From NCBI GenBank assembly GCA_018175075.1, contig GCA_018175075.1_4100.2: 64,000 nucleotides of DNA; one strand, 5' to 3'. Position 1 is the stretch's first letter. The number at the start of each line of letters is the position of its first letter. The DNA comes from a phage. The position numbers and the translations under genes were made by a program. The notes under the pieces are model-generated. The model searched no databases. It was given only the letters and a program-made list of their open reading frames with translations, and was not told where the DNA came from. Shown in pieces: positions 36,292-47,008 of this stretch.

Positions 36292-36702
36292 ATGTTAGCT
36301 GATGAATTTATGTCACTAAGTATCAAGATATTTGATATACTAGGTGATGAAACAGATTTCAATCTAAGCGACAAAGATATTCCATTGGAAGATGGTGGAT
36401 ACTTTTTTGCGATTGGAACTACGTATAATCTGGATCTTTCAAAGCCTATCAGTGATGATAGTGATTATAATGCAACAACATATTTTGATTTCCAGCTTGA
36501 TGGACATAAAGAGCGTTTACTAACGTACAGACGTAAAGGTAGTTTCAATAGAACCGAGATTACAATAATGGATTTTGAAAAACGCATTGAACTAGCTAAG
36601 AAACATCCATTCATCAGTACTCATACATTTAATAGACTAATCGATCTATTAGATAATTATCCATATACAATCCGAGGGTCGTTACGTTTAAATGCAGAAT
36701 GA
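36292..36702 (+). CDS. hypothetical protein
   Basis: ORF. Confidence 0.5.
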   Translation: MLADEFMSLSIKIFDILGDETDFNLSDKDIPLEDGGYFFAIGTTYNLDLSKPISDDSDYNATTYFDFQLDGHKERLLTYRRKGSFNRTEITIMDFEKRIELAKKHPFISTHTFNRLIDLLDNYPYTIRGSLRLNAE

Positions 36703-36877
36703 AATCTTCAAAAAAGAATACGATGGTGAAAGTCTCTATGATATTCAAAGAGACGTACATGAAGCATTCGATTCAAGATTTAACCCATTAGCTGAACAAA
36801 TCCCACAAGATGAGTTTGGTTTTCAGGAAGGCACTTTCACAGTGACTATTACATGGAGTCCAGATGAGACTAGCTAA
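36692..36877 (+). CDS. small hypothetical protein
   Basis: ORF. Confidence 0.4.
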   Translation: MQNEIFKKEYDGESLYDIQRDVHEAFDSRFNPLAEQIPQDEFGFQEGTFTVTITWSPDETS

Positions 36878-36980
36878 ACTTGTCATAGGTTGTAGTGCAC
36901 TTGCTGCATATATGCTTTTTTCCGCACCAACCAATGTATTACTGTTAATTTGGGCAGTTGTTATATTAGCAGTACTTTAA
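36864..36980 (+). CDS. possible 38-aa hydrophobic peptide
   Basis: ORF below track threshold; GGAG 5 nt upstream; ends at terminator. Confidence 0.3.
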   Translation: MRLAKLVIGCSALAAYMLFSAPTNVLLLIWAVVILAVL

Positions 36981-37003
36981 AGCACCCTAGTGGTGCTTTT
37001 TCT
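36979..37003 (+). terminator. intrinsic terminator
   Basis: Hairpin AGCACC...GGTGCT plus T-run. Confidence 0.6.
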
Positions 37004-37139
37004 ATTTGTGCAAATAAAAACCAATGTGACTTTTCCTTGATATAGGTCAAGAGAAATAACCTGTTCTGACGCTATAATGTTGTCTGGTGATATTAAATAT
37101 CTTCACCCCCAGATGATTTCAAAATACAAGGAATGTACA

Positions 37140-38945
37140 ATGCAATTAGATAAATTATATACTGACGTAACGAATTTCCTCAATCAGAGCAATACTGATC
37201 TTACCAACGAAAATGCGAACAAAGATGCGAAATGCGTCAATACACACAGGGATTTACTTGCAGGTATCCTATCTAAGCATTATTCACAAGATGTTATTCC
37301 AAATGAGCTAATGCAGTGGCATAATGATGGTTATGGTCATATTCATGATTTAGACTACTATATCAGCCCATTAACCAACTGTTGCTTAGTTAACTACCCA
37401 GATATGCTAAAAAATGGATTTACCATTGGTTGTGCCAAAATTGAAGAACCAAAGAGTTTTAGTGTAGCATGTACAGTACTGACACAGATTGTACAAGCAG
37501 TAGCTAGTTCCCAATACGGCGGTCAATCGTTGGCTCACATTGATGTTGGTTTAGAACCTTACGTTCAAAAGTCATGGGATAAGCTGTTAGAAAAACAAAA
37601 GAAATATAATCTAAGTGATGAGTTCATTGAAGAAGAATTACGAAAAGAAGTATACGATGGATGTCAAACATTACTTTACCAGACTAATTCAATGATTAGC
37701 ACTAATGGACAAGCTGCATTCATTTCTCTTAGTTTAGGGCTTAATACTTCTAAATTTGGTAAATTAATCACTGAACAGTACTTAAAAGTTCATGAGAATG
37801 GTTTAGGTAAAGATAAGATTACTCCAGTGTTTCCTAAAGTAATTTTCTTTTTACAAGATGGTATAAACATGAATACCAATGATAGTAATTATGACCTTAA
37901 ACAGTTAGCTATGCGTTGTGCATCAAAACGAATCTACCCAGACTTTGTTTCAGTTCCATTAAATCACAAAGTGACGGGAAGTAGTAGTACTGCTGTAACA
38001 CCGATGGGATGTCGTTCATTCTTAGGAAAATGGGAAGATTCAAATGGAAATGAACAATACAACGGTCGTTTCAATTTAGGTGTGGTTTCTATCAATTTAC
38101 CTCTAATTGCTCTTGAGAGTGATTCTGATGGAGAGTTTTTTGATAAGATAGACGAGCATATGAATATTGCATATCGTGCTCAGATGAACCGTGTGGAGCG
38201 TTTAAAAGGCACTAAAGCGAAGCAGAATCCAATTTTGTTCATGGAAGGTGCATTAGCACGTTTAGGTGCAGAAGAAACCATTGACAAGCTATTTTACAAT
38301 GGTTATGCTAGTATTAGTATTGGTTATGTTGGTCTTGTTGAATGTTCAGAAATCCTCACTGGTTCTATCAGTAAGGAGTTTTGTATGTCAGTACTGAATT
38401 ATATGAAAGTAAAATGTGATGAGTTCAAAAAAGAAAGTAATATTGCTTTTAGTCTATATGGAACTCCAGCAGAGTCGCTTTGTTATAAATTTGCACGTTG
38501 CATTGAAGCAAAATATCCTTCAGTACTAAAACGTGATTACATCACAAATTCCTTCCATCAACCAGTATGGGTAGAAAGTTCTCCATTTGATAAATGGAGT
38601 TATGAAGAAGGCTTTGCTTACCTAAGTAACGGTGGAAACATCAGTTATGTTGAATCTCCAAACTTAGCAAACAACATTCAAGCACTTGAAACATTAGTTA
38701 ACTATGCTTACACGAAGATACCATATTTTGGTATTAACCAACCAGTTGACCATTGTTATGAATGTGGCTTCCAGGGTGAGTTCAGTGTAGATAAACATGG
38801 TTTCCACTGTCCGGTATGTGATAATCGTAATGAGAAGACAATCTCAGTGATTCGTCGTGTTTCTGGTTACTTGGGTAATCCTTCTTCGCGTGGATTCAAT
38901 AAAGGCAAACAACAAGAGTGTTGTGAGCGTATTCAGCACAAATAA
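37140..38945 (+). CDS. nrdD: anaerobic ribonucleoside-triphosphate reductase
   Basis: C-terminal glycyl-radical motif RRVSGYLG and CxxC...CPVC; N-terminal NENANKD resembles T4 NrdD; start moved to ATG 37140 (AAGGAA RBS) because the track ATG 37077 overlaps a TATAAT. Confidence 0.85.
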   Translation: MQLDKLYTDVTNFLNQSNTDLTNENANKDAKCVNTHRDLLAGILSKHYSQDVIPNELMQWHNDGYGHIHDLDYYISPLTNCCLVNYPDMLKNGFTIGCAKIEEPKSFSVACTVLTQIVQAVASSQYGGQSLAHIDVGLEPYVQKSWDKLLEKQKKYNLSDEFIEEELRKEVYDGCQTLLYQTNSMISTNGQAAFISLSLGLNTSKFGKLITEQYLKVHENGLGKDKITPVFPKVIFFLQDGINMNTNDSNYDLKQLAMRCASKRIYPDFVSVPLNHKVTGSSSTAVTPMGCRSFLGKWEDSNGNEQYNGRFNLGVVSINLPLIALESDSDGEFFDKIDEHMNIAYRAQMNRVERLKGTKAKQNPILFMEGALARLGAEETIDKLFYNGYASISIGYVGLVECSEILTGSISKEFCMSVLNYMKVKCDEFKKESNIAFSLYGTPAESLCYKFARCIEAKYPSVLKRDYITNSFHQPVWVESSPFDKWSYEEGFAYLSNGGNISYVESPNLANNIQALETLVNYAYTKIPYFGINQPVDHCYECGFQGEFSVDKHGFHCPVCDNRNEKTISVIRRVSGYLGNPSSRGFNKGKQQECCERIQHK

Positions 38946-38953
38946 GGTAAATT

Positions 38954-39286
38954 ATGGATTTAAAGCCAATTGTGGTTAACAAATACAAAGAACCGTATGA
39001 TGTGTATATTGGACGTGGGTCTAAATGGGGAAACCCATTTACCCATATTAAAGATAAACAAACCAAAGCCGAGTTCATTGTTAGTACAAGAGAAGAATCA
39101 ATTGAAAAATTCAGAGAATACATTATTGAACGTATTTCTTGTGGAGAAGTTAAGATTGATGAATTACTTGAACTCGCAGGGAAACGCCTTGGTTGTTTCT
39201 GTAAACCAAAATCATGTCACGGCGATGTTCTTGTCGAAATAGTGAGTGCAATATTAGATGAATTACCAGACGATAATCAAGGATGA
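38954..39286 (+). CDS. small conserved protein (GRGSKWGNPF motif)
   Basis: Motifs YIGRGSKWGNPF and CFCKPKSCHGD; sits between nrdD and nrdG. Confidence 0.5.
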   Translation: MDLKPIVVNKYKEPYDVYIGRGSKWGNPFTHIKDKQTKAEFIVSTREESIEKFREYIIERISCGEVKIDELLELAGKRLGCFCKPKSCHGDVLVEIVSAILDELPDDNQG

Positions 39287-39728
39287 TTTAGTAAATGGAG
39301 AGGGCGTTCGCTGCTCTTTATTTGTTAGTGGGTGTTCGCACGGATGTGATGGTTGCTTCAATGAAGAAGCATGGGATTACAGAAGTGGTCAATTGTTCAG
39401 TACTGAAACAGTTGAGATTATACTACAGGAACTAAAAAAACCATATGTTAGTGGTTTGTCACTTCTAGGCGGCGATCCATTAATGAAAAAGAATATAGAT
39501 GAAGTTTTAAATCTATGCAAAGTAGTTAAAGAAACTTATCCTAGTAAAACTATTTGGTGCTGGAGTGGGTATACTTTAGATGAGATTATAAAAAATCATG
39601 CTAAAGATATACTTCAGTACTTAGATGTATTAGTTGATGGTAAATTTATTGAGTCCGAAAAGAATTTAAAATTACCTTTCCGTGGTTCAAATAATCAAAG
39701 AATACTATATAAAAATAAAGATTTTTAG
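39258..39728 (+). CDS. nrdG: anaerobic ribonucleotide reductase activating protein (radical SAM)
   Basis: CSHGCDGC CxxxCxxC motif; N-terminus MNY...VNGEG resembles T4 NrdG. Confidence 0.85.
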   Translation: MNYQTIIKDDLVNGEGVRCSLFVSGCSHGCDGCFNEEAWDYRSGQLFSTETVEIILQELKKPYVSGLSLLGGDPLMKKNIDEVLNLCKVVKETYPSKTIWCWSGYTLDEIIKNHAKDILQYLDVLVDGKFIESEKNLKLPFRGSNNQRILYKNKDF

Positions 39729-39731
39729 CAT

Positions 39732-39756
39732 AAGCACCCGTTGGGTGCTTTTTTAT
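39732..39756 (+). terminator. intrinsic terminator
   Basis: Hairpin AGCACCC...GGGTGCT plus T-run. Confidence 0.65.
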
Positions 39757-39762
39757 TATGTA

Positions 39763-39770
39763 TATAAATA
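39763..39770 (+). promoter_or_regulatory. T4-type late promoter motif TATAAATA
   Basis: Exact TATAAATA about 35 nt upstream of the 39805 ATG. Confidence 0.45.
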
Positions 39771-39804
39771 CATTAACTAATATCTAATTTATAAGGGATA
39801 TATA

Positions 39805-42501
39805 ATGTCAAAGAAAATATATGGTGGCTTAGATGTCACACATAATGTGACAGTTAATGGTAAAAGAACAATTCAAGGAATAAATGAACAAGTTTTTGAT
39901 TCCAACGGTAACTTGGAATTAGATACTTATTCCAGAGATGAAGTACTAGATATAGTAAGTATGATGCCAATCTCCCATTATGGTTCACAAAACTATCTAC
40001 CTGCGGGTGTTTCTGGGGATTTCAATGGTGCATCAGAAAACCAGTCACAACGTAGAAATAAAATTTTATTAGAAAACGATGGTACACTAGTACTTTTACG
40101 TAGTGGGACAAACGGTAGTGTTGAGGGATTATTTTATTCATATTTGGCTAACGCATTATCAGTTGATGACATGAGCCGTACAATTAACACTAGTCGTCAA
40201 TACAAGCCTGGGTTTTTTGGTTCAAATAGAGTTGCGATTGGTTTATACAATACTGATCCAAATATTTTACTCGGTAGATATATTGATACTTCTAACAGTA
40301 CTAATGGTTTGTTCATATCAATTACCAATGGTACATTAGATGATAAATTGCATACTGGTTTTTTCGTTAACCAAGCAGATATATCACCTGAAGGTGGTAT
40401 TGAATATGCTATGATGGCAGAAGATGGTTCTATATATGTTTTTAACGTACTTAATGAAAATAACCAACTACAATTAGTTGTTGTTAAAGTTGTTTATAAT
40501 ATAAGCAATGGTACTTATACTGCAACTCGAATTACTGGATGGACTACTAAAACATTTTATAACACGACATATTCTGCACAAAATAATATGGTTATTACTA
40601 ATCAGGTAACATCAACAAATATTGCTGATAAACCTTATGTGTATGTTCCACAAAATCTACGCGGTATTGGGATTTACATGACATCAATTGATTTATATGT
40701 TGCACAGCAGCCAGGAACGCAGAATTTCCGCTTTAGAATGAACGGGGATGCTTGGTTTACAATGGCAACATATAATACACGTCCACAGCATAGTTACAGT
40801 TTTGTGTTCAATATGAGTACTAAACAATGTACATTAGATGCGGGTAACGATATTGGTTCATATCAAGCACCATTAGTTATAACTAATACTGGTTCGGCAT
40901 TAGTTCCTACTGGTAACGTTTTAAATAACGATCCATTGTATAACCATGCAAATGCAAGAAACATTTATAGTTCATATTTTTATTTAAATTCAGGTGAAGC
41001 ATTTTGTACTGCATGTCCAAACTTAGCAGAACCATTACTTATGCAAAAAGCTAAGTTTCCTATTCAAATAGTTTATAGTATGCTGAATGTCCGTGCTGTA
41101 CTTTCTACTGACTTCAAAGGTGGTATAGTTCGCCCGTCTTTTGGTTCAGCGGTTGGTTCATTTATTAATGGTGTAGAATTACTACCAGATAACAGTACTA
41201 AACAATATTCACGTGCATCAGGTAGTGGTGGATTTAGACCATCATATGCAGTTCATAAAAGTACTCCTAATTTTACATTTAAATCATTATCTTTAGGAAC
41301 AATACAAGGTTATGAACCTACAGTTGAACGTGCTAATGTTGATGATAATGCAAATAATAGAATTTTTATTAGTAGTATTTCTGGGTCAACTGTCACAACC
41401 AATGGTGGTATTTTTATGGTTGGGAAACGTTATTCACAATCATTATCCTATGATAAAAACTTAAATGGCACAGGAATTATAAGCGTTACACAATCAGTAC
41501 TGGACAATTTTAGAAATACTGAATATGCCAAAGTTCTAAGTGATTGGAATTTATCAGCACAAGCATACCGTGATATGACACTATTTGTTCCACAACAAAC
41601 AGACATTCCAGCTTTTGTTATGTTGAGTACAATTACTAATGATTATAGAAACTATATTAGAATTGCTGAAGTTAATGTCAATACTAGAGTTGGTAATATT
41701 ACATCTATTACATTTAAGCGTTTAGTACTTGAGAATACGTATGGTGATAACTTTACACCAACTGGGAATGGTTCGATTGCATCTTCTTCTGTTGGTTTGA
41801 CCATATATGATGGTGGTTCATTCTACTTCATTGGTGGTTCTGACCCATTATCACATCCAACAATAGGTAATACTGCAACTCATCAATTTAGAGCATATGT
41901 AACTAAATCAACTGCACAATTTACAAGTTTTATAATTACTGGATCTCATGCCAGTTATGAACAAGGAAGTCAACCAGCAGCATTACCTGGTATTGGTTTT
42001 GGAATTTTTGAACCAATGGATTACTCAAATAAAATGACATTCAAAAAATATGGAACAACGATTGCAGACTATAATAACTGGACTGCACAAGGTAGCCCAA
42101 TTAACGTAGTATCCCAGGACGTTGCTCAAGGGTTTATTGTATATTTTACAGAGGAAACACCAGTTATTCTTTCAGGTAAGTCATTTTCACTACCAGTTTC
42201 AAATATTGATTTGAGAACTATTAAGTCTAATCCAGCAAATACAACATTTTATGTATATGTTAAATTGGAACAAGGATTGGCAAACTATTACATAACTACT
42301 GATGTTATTTCTGAAACAGGAACAACTGCATATAATATTTTTTGGATAGGTACAATTCAAACTAATGCAATTCAAATCGAAACAATTAATATACAAAAAC
42401 GTTCCCGTTTAGATATATTTGGTGCTTCACTTGAATCAGCAGGTTCATCGTTCCCAGTTAGCTACGGTCTACCATCACAAACAGGAACCATAAACTGGTA
42501 A
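39805..42501 (+). CDS. large fibre-like structural protein (paralog A)
   Basis: 898 aa, Ser/Thr/Asn/Gly-rich; shares N-terminal (LRSGTNGS) and C-terminal (GSSFPVS.G.PS.TGT..W) blocks with 43117..45846. Confidence 0.5.
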   Translation: MSKKIYGGLDVTHNVTVNGKRTIQGINEQVFDSNGNLELDTYSRDEVLDIVSMMPISHYGSQNYLPAGVSGDFNGASENQSQRRNKILLENDGTLVLLRSGTNGSVEGLFYSYLANALSVDDMSRTINTSRQYKPGFFGSNRVAIGLYNTDPNILLGRYIDTSNSTNGLFISITNGTLDDKLHTGFFVNQADISPEGGIEYAMMAEDGSIYVFNVLNENNQLQLVVVKVVYNISNGTYTATRITGWTTKTFYNTTYSAQNNMVITNQVTSTNIADKPYVYVPQNLRGIGIYMTSIDLYVAQQPGTQNFRFRMNGDAWFTMATYNTRPQHSYSFVFNMSTKQCTLDAGNDIGSYQAPLVITNTGSALVPTGNVLNNDPLYNHANARNIYSSYFYLNSGEAFCTACPNLAEPLLMQKAKFPIQIVYSMLNVRAVLSTDFKGGIVRPSFGSAVGSFINGVELLPDNSTKQYSRASGSGGFRPSYAVHKSTPNFTFKSLSLGTIQGYEPTVERANVDDNANNRIFISSISGSTVTTNGGIFMVGKRYSQSLSYDKNLNGTGIISVTQSVLDNFRNTEYAKVLSDWNLSAQAYRDMTLFVPQQTDIPAFVMLSTITNDYRNYIRIAEVNVNTRVGNITSITFKRLVLENTYGDNFTPTGNGSIASSSVGLTIYDGGSFYFIGGSDPLSHPTIGNTATHQFRAYVTKSTAQFTSFIITGSHASYEQGSQPAALPGIGFGIFEPMDYSNKMTFKKYGTTIADYNNWTAQGSPINVVSQDVAQGFIVYFTEETPVILSGKSFSLPVSNIDLRTIKSNPANTTFYVYVKLEQGLANYYITTDVISETGTTAYNIFWIGTIQTNAIQIETINIQKRSRLDIFGASLESAGSSFPVSYGLPSQTGTINW

Positions 42502-42512
42502 AGGATTACATA

Positions 42513-43100
42513 ATGGCATATAAAATAAGAGCAGACCTTAAGGCAATGCAACAAGTAACAGTTCAGGGTAAAAGTACTGGTCTTGGTGTATTAGGTAATA
42601 ATATGACTTATTACCCAACAAATTCAAATGGGGAATGTACATTCCCCTCTATTACCAAAGATGAAGTTAACTTTATTGTCAATGGATTACCACTTACACA
42701 ATACGGAGAATTGTATGATGACGCTAGTCTAAATATTACTTCATCAGGCTATAGTCTTACATTTAACAGACAGATACCATCATTTATTGGTGGTTATCTT
42801 TATAAATTTCCAGCAGTTTCTATTTTTGCTTCAACTGTTTCATCTGGAACACAAACACAATACGTATATGCAACGTTAGTTCTCGGTGAACCAATTTATA
42901 AAATATCACCAACACAAATACAAGAATCTGAAATTATAATGTTTATTGGAACACTGACCGTTGGTACAAGTGGTATTACAAATATAAACATTAATAAAGT
43001 ATCCAGATTTAGTACATATAGACCTAGTGTTACACAAAAAGGTTCTTCATTCCCAGTCAGTACTGGAAAACCATCAGAAACTGGTACAATTGGTTGGTAA
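42513..43100 (+). CDS. short fibre-like paralog (195 aa)
   Basis: C-terminus ...YRPSVTQKGSSFPVSTGKPSETGTIGW matches neighbours. Confidence 0.5.
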   Translation: MAYKIRADLKAMQQVTVQGKSTGLGVLGNNMTYYPTNSNGECTFPSITKDEVNFIVNGLPLTQYGELYDDASLNITSSGYSLTFNRQIPSFIGGYLYKFPAVSIFASTVSSGTQTQYVYATLVLGEPIYKISPTQIQESEIIMFIGTLTVGTSGITNININKVSRFSTYRPSVTQKGSSFPVSTGKPSETGTIGW

Positions 43101-43116
43101 ATTAAGGAAAAGAAAG

Positions 43117-45846
43117 ATGTCATCAAAACGAATTATAGGAAGTGCCGAGATCCTTGGGAACTTGGCAATTGGACAAAGGTACGCTATGCGTACTTTTAAT
43201 GGAACCTCACCGAATGCCAATACTGGAATTGTTCAATATCCAATATATAAGCGTTCAGAAGTTCAAAGTATTTTAGATATGTTGCCTATATCACGTGTAG
43301 GAGAAATGGATTACTTACCATTAAACGTAAGTGGATCGTATGAAGGTGCTACACCTATGTCAAGTGACCAAGTAGTTCAGCCAACAATTATTGAAGATGA
43401 TGGAACCGCCGTTGTTCTGCGTAGCGGAACCAATGGTAGTACTAAAGGTTTTTATTATTCATTTATACGAGATCTCCGAAATATAACTATGATTTCACAA
43501 GAAAGTGTTATTTCAACCAATTCAATGTATAAACCTTCAATTATGAGTAGTACTGAAAATATTAAGTATTTTATTGGCTCTAATGGTTATGAGATGCTTG
43601 GATGTTTAAGTACTGAAGATAATTATATTTTTACTATAACCAATGGCACATTTAACGAAATATCACATATTCATGCTAAAGTTCCAAGTACTTCTTTTGG
43701 TAATGATATGCCAATATATACACATATTGTTGGGACAAAGGTTTATATTTGGTGTAAAGATAAAAGTGTTTCTAATTTAGGATTAGCACTTTCAATTTAT
43801 ACAGTAGAGCTAAGTGATGTGAAAGCAAGCTCAATGGCATCATTAACAAAAGTTACTGGGTTATCAGGTCAAACTGTTCGAAACACAAGTTATTCTGCAT
43901 CTAATAACATAAGAGTGTTCGATAAATTATATAGTGTTGGTACTAGCTCGGATTCATTATTCGAAGTTACATCACCAGTATCACGTGTAGAATTTTCAGA
44001 CTATACAGACTTTAACATTCAAGCCAACGTTAGTCCTGATTTATCAAAAATACGTGTAACTTTATATCCAACACATCGAATGGTTACACCTTTGTATATT
44101 TCAACAGTTTATGGTACTGGAATAAGTTTTGTTTATAATATAAACTCAAAATCTATGTCACTAGATGGTAGTGCTCGTGCACCTGCAACTGTTTCATATA
44201 ATAATGGATTTCAAGTTTCTAACCCATTTGAAATTAATATGGTCAACTTCACAGGGACAACTGCTGCTGGTGTATTAGGAAACGCAGGTGGTTTATGTCA
44301 AACTAAAGATGGTTTGGTATTTGCATCTAAATTTAGATGGAGTTCAACTGAATTTTATGGTCTACAACGATATAAGGTTAGTGGTACACCGTTTGATTCA
44401 TGGGTTGCCAGTACTAGAACCGCAAGTAACGTTATAAATGCAAACGTTTTACCAGTTTTTGGTAGTGCTGTTGGTGCAAACCTTTTAGGTGTACGTTTCA
44501 TCGATAATAGAAAAATATTATTAGCATGTTCTGGTACGTATGATGATGTAACATATAATTATAATAATACTGTTTTTTCTGAAATAGGTTCACAACCAAC
44601 ATATCAATATAACTCAGTTCAAAATAATACTACATTAAATGGTTTTGCACCACAATCTAATCGTAAACAAATAGGCGATGATTTTACATACACTGCTATG
44701 ATTTCTCTTGTTGATACCGATGGTAGTGTTAGATGCTATGGAACATCATTCATTGAAGGTGTATATAAAACAAGTGGTGGATTATTAAACCCAGATACTT
44801 TAGAATTTGATGAAACATATACAATAGAACCAACGGTATTAGAATCATTAAAACAAGATATTTTTGCTAATATAGGAAACTCTGGCATTGTTGGCACACT
44901 ATCTGGACAAATTGTATTATATTATGTACCTGATAATACTTTTTCTAAATCCATCGCAGTAGTTTCAGCATATAATCTTAACAATAACCAAGGTTATGCA
45001 ATCTATGCCGAAGTTGATGTTGTATTATCTGGAACTAACATAACTTCAGCTACATTGGTGAGTACTAGATATGAGACACTTAGTTCTGTTACAGGAATTA
45101 TTACTGAAGCATATATGAAACGTTGTACTGGTCTAACAGTTGCAAAATATTCAGGATTTGGTTACATTGGTGTTGATGCTGTTCATCAATTTTCACAACC
45201 AGGTAATGCACAATTTAAGATGATGATAGCTAAAACAGTAGATGGTGTCATAACATCAAATCGTTTTTTATCATCTAGTTACATCCAACTTGGTGCAGCA
45301 TATCAACATGGTGTTATTCCTGGTGTTGGTTTTGGATATTACAATTTTCAAGATTCTGACTATCAAACCAAATCTGTATTCAGCGTTTTTGGTACAACAT
45401 CTGCTGAAATGGATGGTTTAATTAGCGGAAATGGTAGCGTTAAAGAAAAGATTGTGGTAGTATCACAAGACGTTGCACAAGGATTCTCAGTGTACTTTAC
45501 ACGTGAAGTTCCGGTGTTTTTAGGTGGAATTTTCGACAGACTACCTATACAAAGTGTTGATTTAAGTACTGTAAAAAGTAACCCAGCTAATACTACGTTC
45601 TATTTGTATATACAAATGAACAGGAATACTAAGAAAGCGTCATATGTTATTAGTACTGAAACAATTGATGAATCTTTAACTAGCACTTACATTGGTAAGA
45701 TAGTTACTGGAACTTCAGGAATAACTTCAATTGATACAGAAAAAGTAACTCGTTTTTTGACATATCGTCCAAGTACAACGAAACGTGGTTCAGCGATACC
45801 TGCCAGTACTGGTGTACCATCAGGTCCAGGTACACGTTGGAAATAA
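43117..45846 (+). CDS. large fibre-like structural protein (paralog B)
   Basis: Start at ATG 43117 after AAGGAAAAG; shared N- and C-terminal blocks with 39805..42501. Confidence 0.5.
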   Translation: MSSKRIIGSAEILGNLAIGQRYAMRTFNGTSPNANTGIVQYPIYKRSEVQSILDMLPISRVGEMDYLPLNVSGSYEGATPMSSDQVVQPTIIEDDGTAVVLRSGTNGSTKGFYYSFIRDLRNITMISQESVISTNSMYKPSIMSSTENIKYFIGSNGYEMLGCLSTEDNYIFTITNGTFNEISHIHAKVPSTSFGNDMPIYTHIVGTKVYIWCKDKSVSNLGLALSIYTVELSDVKASSMASLTKVTGLSGQTVRNTSYSASNNIRVFDKLYSVGTSSDSLFEVTSPVSRVEFSDYTDFNIQANVSPDLSKIRVTLYPTHRMVTPLYISTVYGTGISFVYNINSKSMSLDGSARAPATVSYNNGFQVSNPFEINMVNFTGTTAAGVLGNAGGLCQTKDGLVFASKFRWSSTEFYGLQRYKVSGTPFDSWVASTRTASNVINANVLPVFGSAVGANLLGVRFIDNRKILLACSGTYDDVTYNYNNTVFSEIGSQPTYQYNSVQNNTTLNGFAPQSNRKQIGDDFTYTAMISLVDTDGSVRCYGTSFIEGVYKTSGGLLNPDTLEFDETYTIEPTVLESLKQDIFANIGNSGIVGTLSGQIVLYYVPDNTFSKSIAVVSAYNLNNNQGYAIYAEVDVVLSGTNITSATLVSTRYETLSSVTGIITEAYMKRCTGLTVAKYSGFGYIGVDAVHQFSQPGNAQFKMMIAKTVDGVITSNRFLSSSYIQLGAAYQHGVIPGVGFGYYNFQDSDYQTKSVFSVFGTTSAEMDGLISGNGSVKEKIVVVSQDVAQGFSVYFTREVPVFLGGIFDRLPIQSVDLSTVKSNPANTTFYLYIQMNRNTKKASYVISTETIDESLTSTYIGKIVTGTSGITSIDTEKVTRFLTYRPSTTKRGSAIPASTGVPSGPGTRWK

Positions 45847-45849
45847 ATT

Positions 45850-45880
45850 TAAAGCTCGTCTATTGACGGGCTTTTCTTTT
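45850..45880 (+). terminator. intrinsic terminator
   Basis: Imperfect hairpin AGCTCGTC...GACGGGCT plus T-run. Confidence 0.5.
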
Positions 45881-45891
45881 ATGTGTATAAT
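45863..45891 (+). promoter_or_regulatory. sigma70-like promoter (TTGACG -17- TATAAT) overlapping the terminator hairpin
   Basis: TTGACG at 45863-45868; TATAAT at 45886-45891. Confidence 0.5.
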
Positions 45892-45913
45892 TGAATAAAA
45901 ATAGGAGGAAATT

Positions 45914-46480
45914 ATGGTCAAATCTTTATTACCGCCACCAAAACGTCACAAAATCAAAGAAATGAAAGAACAACGTACATTAAAGATGTACATCAATTTA
46001 GTTAAGTTACTGTGTAAAAGTCCATCGCTCAAAGCAGAGTTTAAAACTGATGATGACCGCAAAGCACTAATTGAGATGAAGTATATGCTCAGTAAAATGT
46101 CCTTTTACAAATTTGTAAAAGAATACGCATCTGACCCATTTAGTCCTCGTTGGAGAGCCAAACCAAGAGAGTATTTTTACGGTGGTTCATATACGGATCT
46201 CATTCAAGACACAGTGATGGGAGTTGAATTTGAAATCGATTATGATCCGAATGGTGTGGAAAGCTGGCCGATTGAGAAACGTTTACCAAGTGAAGAAGAA
46301 ATTTATGTTTATGCAAGAAAACTTTCAAATTTCAGTTCAAGAATTACTCTAGGCAATTTAGATTCATTTATTATTTTCTATACACGTGTTGGTGTAGATA
46401 AAATGGTAACTAAACTCAATGAACTTTCATTACAACAAAAACAGATTAATGCATACAAAGACATTACTGATTTATACTAA
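45914..46480 (+). CDS. hypothetical protein (triplet paralog 1)
   Basis: RBS AGGAGG; KTDDDRKALIEMKYMLSK motif shared with next two genes. Confidence 0.5.
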   Translation: MVKSLLPPPKRHKIKEMKEQRTLKMYINLVKLLCKSPSLKAEFKTDDDRKALIEMKYMLSKMSFYKFVKEYASDPFSPRWRAKPREYFYGGSYTDLIQDTVMGVEFEIDYDPNGVESWPIEKRLPSEEEIYVYARKLSNFSSRITLGNLDSFIIFYTRVGVDKMVTKLNELSLQQKQINAYKDITDLY

Positions 46481-46492
46481 TGAGGAATGGAT

Positions 46493-47008
46493 ATGTTTTT
46501 TGGATCAGTTGGAAAACAAAACAGTACTTTAATTTGGCATGAAATTATCTTTAAAATTATATCTAAAAGCTACTCACTAAAGGATATTATCACCACAGAT
46601 AATGATAGACGTATCCTGTTAGATGCAAAATATAAATTGAGCAAACACCCTTTACTTTCTTTAATCATTGATTACGTTAATGATTATGAATCTAGTCGTT
46701 GGAAGTGGGAAGACGGCGGTTTATTTCGTGGAAAAACATTCTACGGTGCGGAACGATATGTTTTCAGTGATACATCAAATGGCGTTAAGTTTGCTATTAG
46801 AAACTTTAACTCCAAAGAAAATGATTATCTTGAAAGTGGAGTGAAAGTATATATCGATAATAATAGCAATGTACTAACATATGACGAATCACTAATTATG
46901 TTACAAATAATGCGTGGAGTTGAAGGTGTAAGAAACAACCTTACTAAATTGAAAATCCAGCAAAATGATATACATAATAGACAGAAAATTAAGGGTTTAT
47001 ATAAATGA
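46493..47008 (+). CDS. hypothetical protein (triplet paralog 2)
   Basis: TTDNDRRILLDAKYKLSK motif; start at ATG 46493. Confidence 0.5.
   Translation: MFFGSVGKQNSTLIWHEIIFKIISKSYSLKDIITTDNDRRILLDAKYKLSKHPLLSLIIDYVNDYESSRWKWEDGGLFRGKTFYGAERYVFSDTSNGVKFAIRNFNSKENDYLESGVKVYIDNNSNVLTYDESLIMLQIMRGVEGVRNNLTKLKIQQNDIHNRQKIKGLYK

Noticed and set aside
37046-37078. Promoter using the TATAAT that overlaps the track's nrdD start codon
   Set aside because: There is no acceptable -35 at 16-18 bp spacing and no MotA-box-like TGCTT at the right distance. I used it only as a reason to move the nrdD start to 37140.
37140-38945. Group I intron within nrdD, as occurs in T4
   Set aside because: The NrdD reading frame is continuous from start to the glycyl-radical C-terminus, with no interruption
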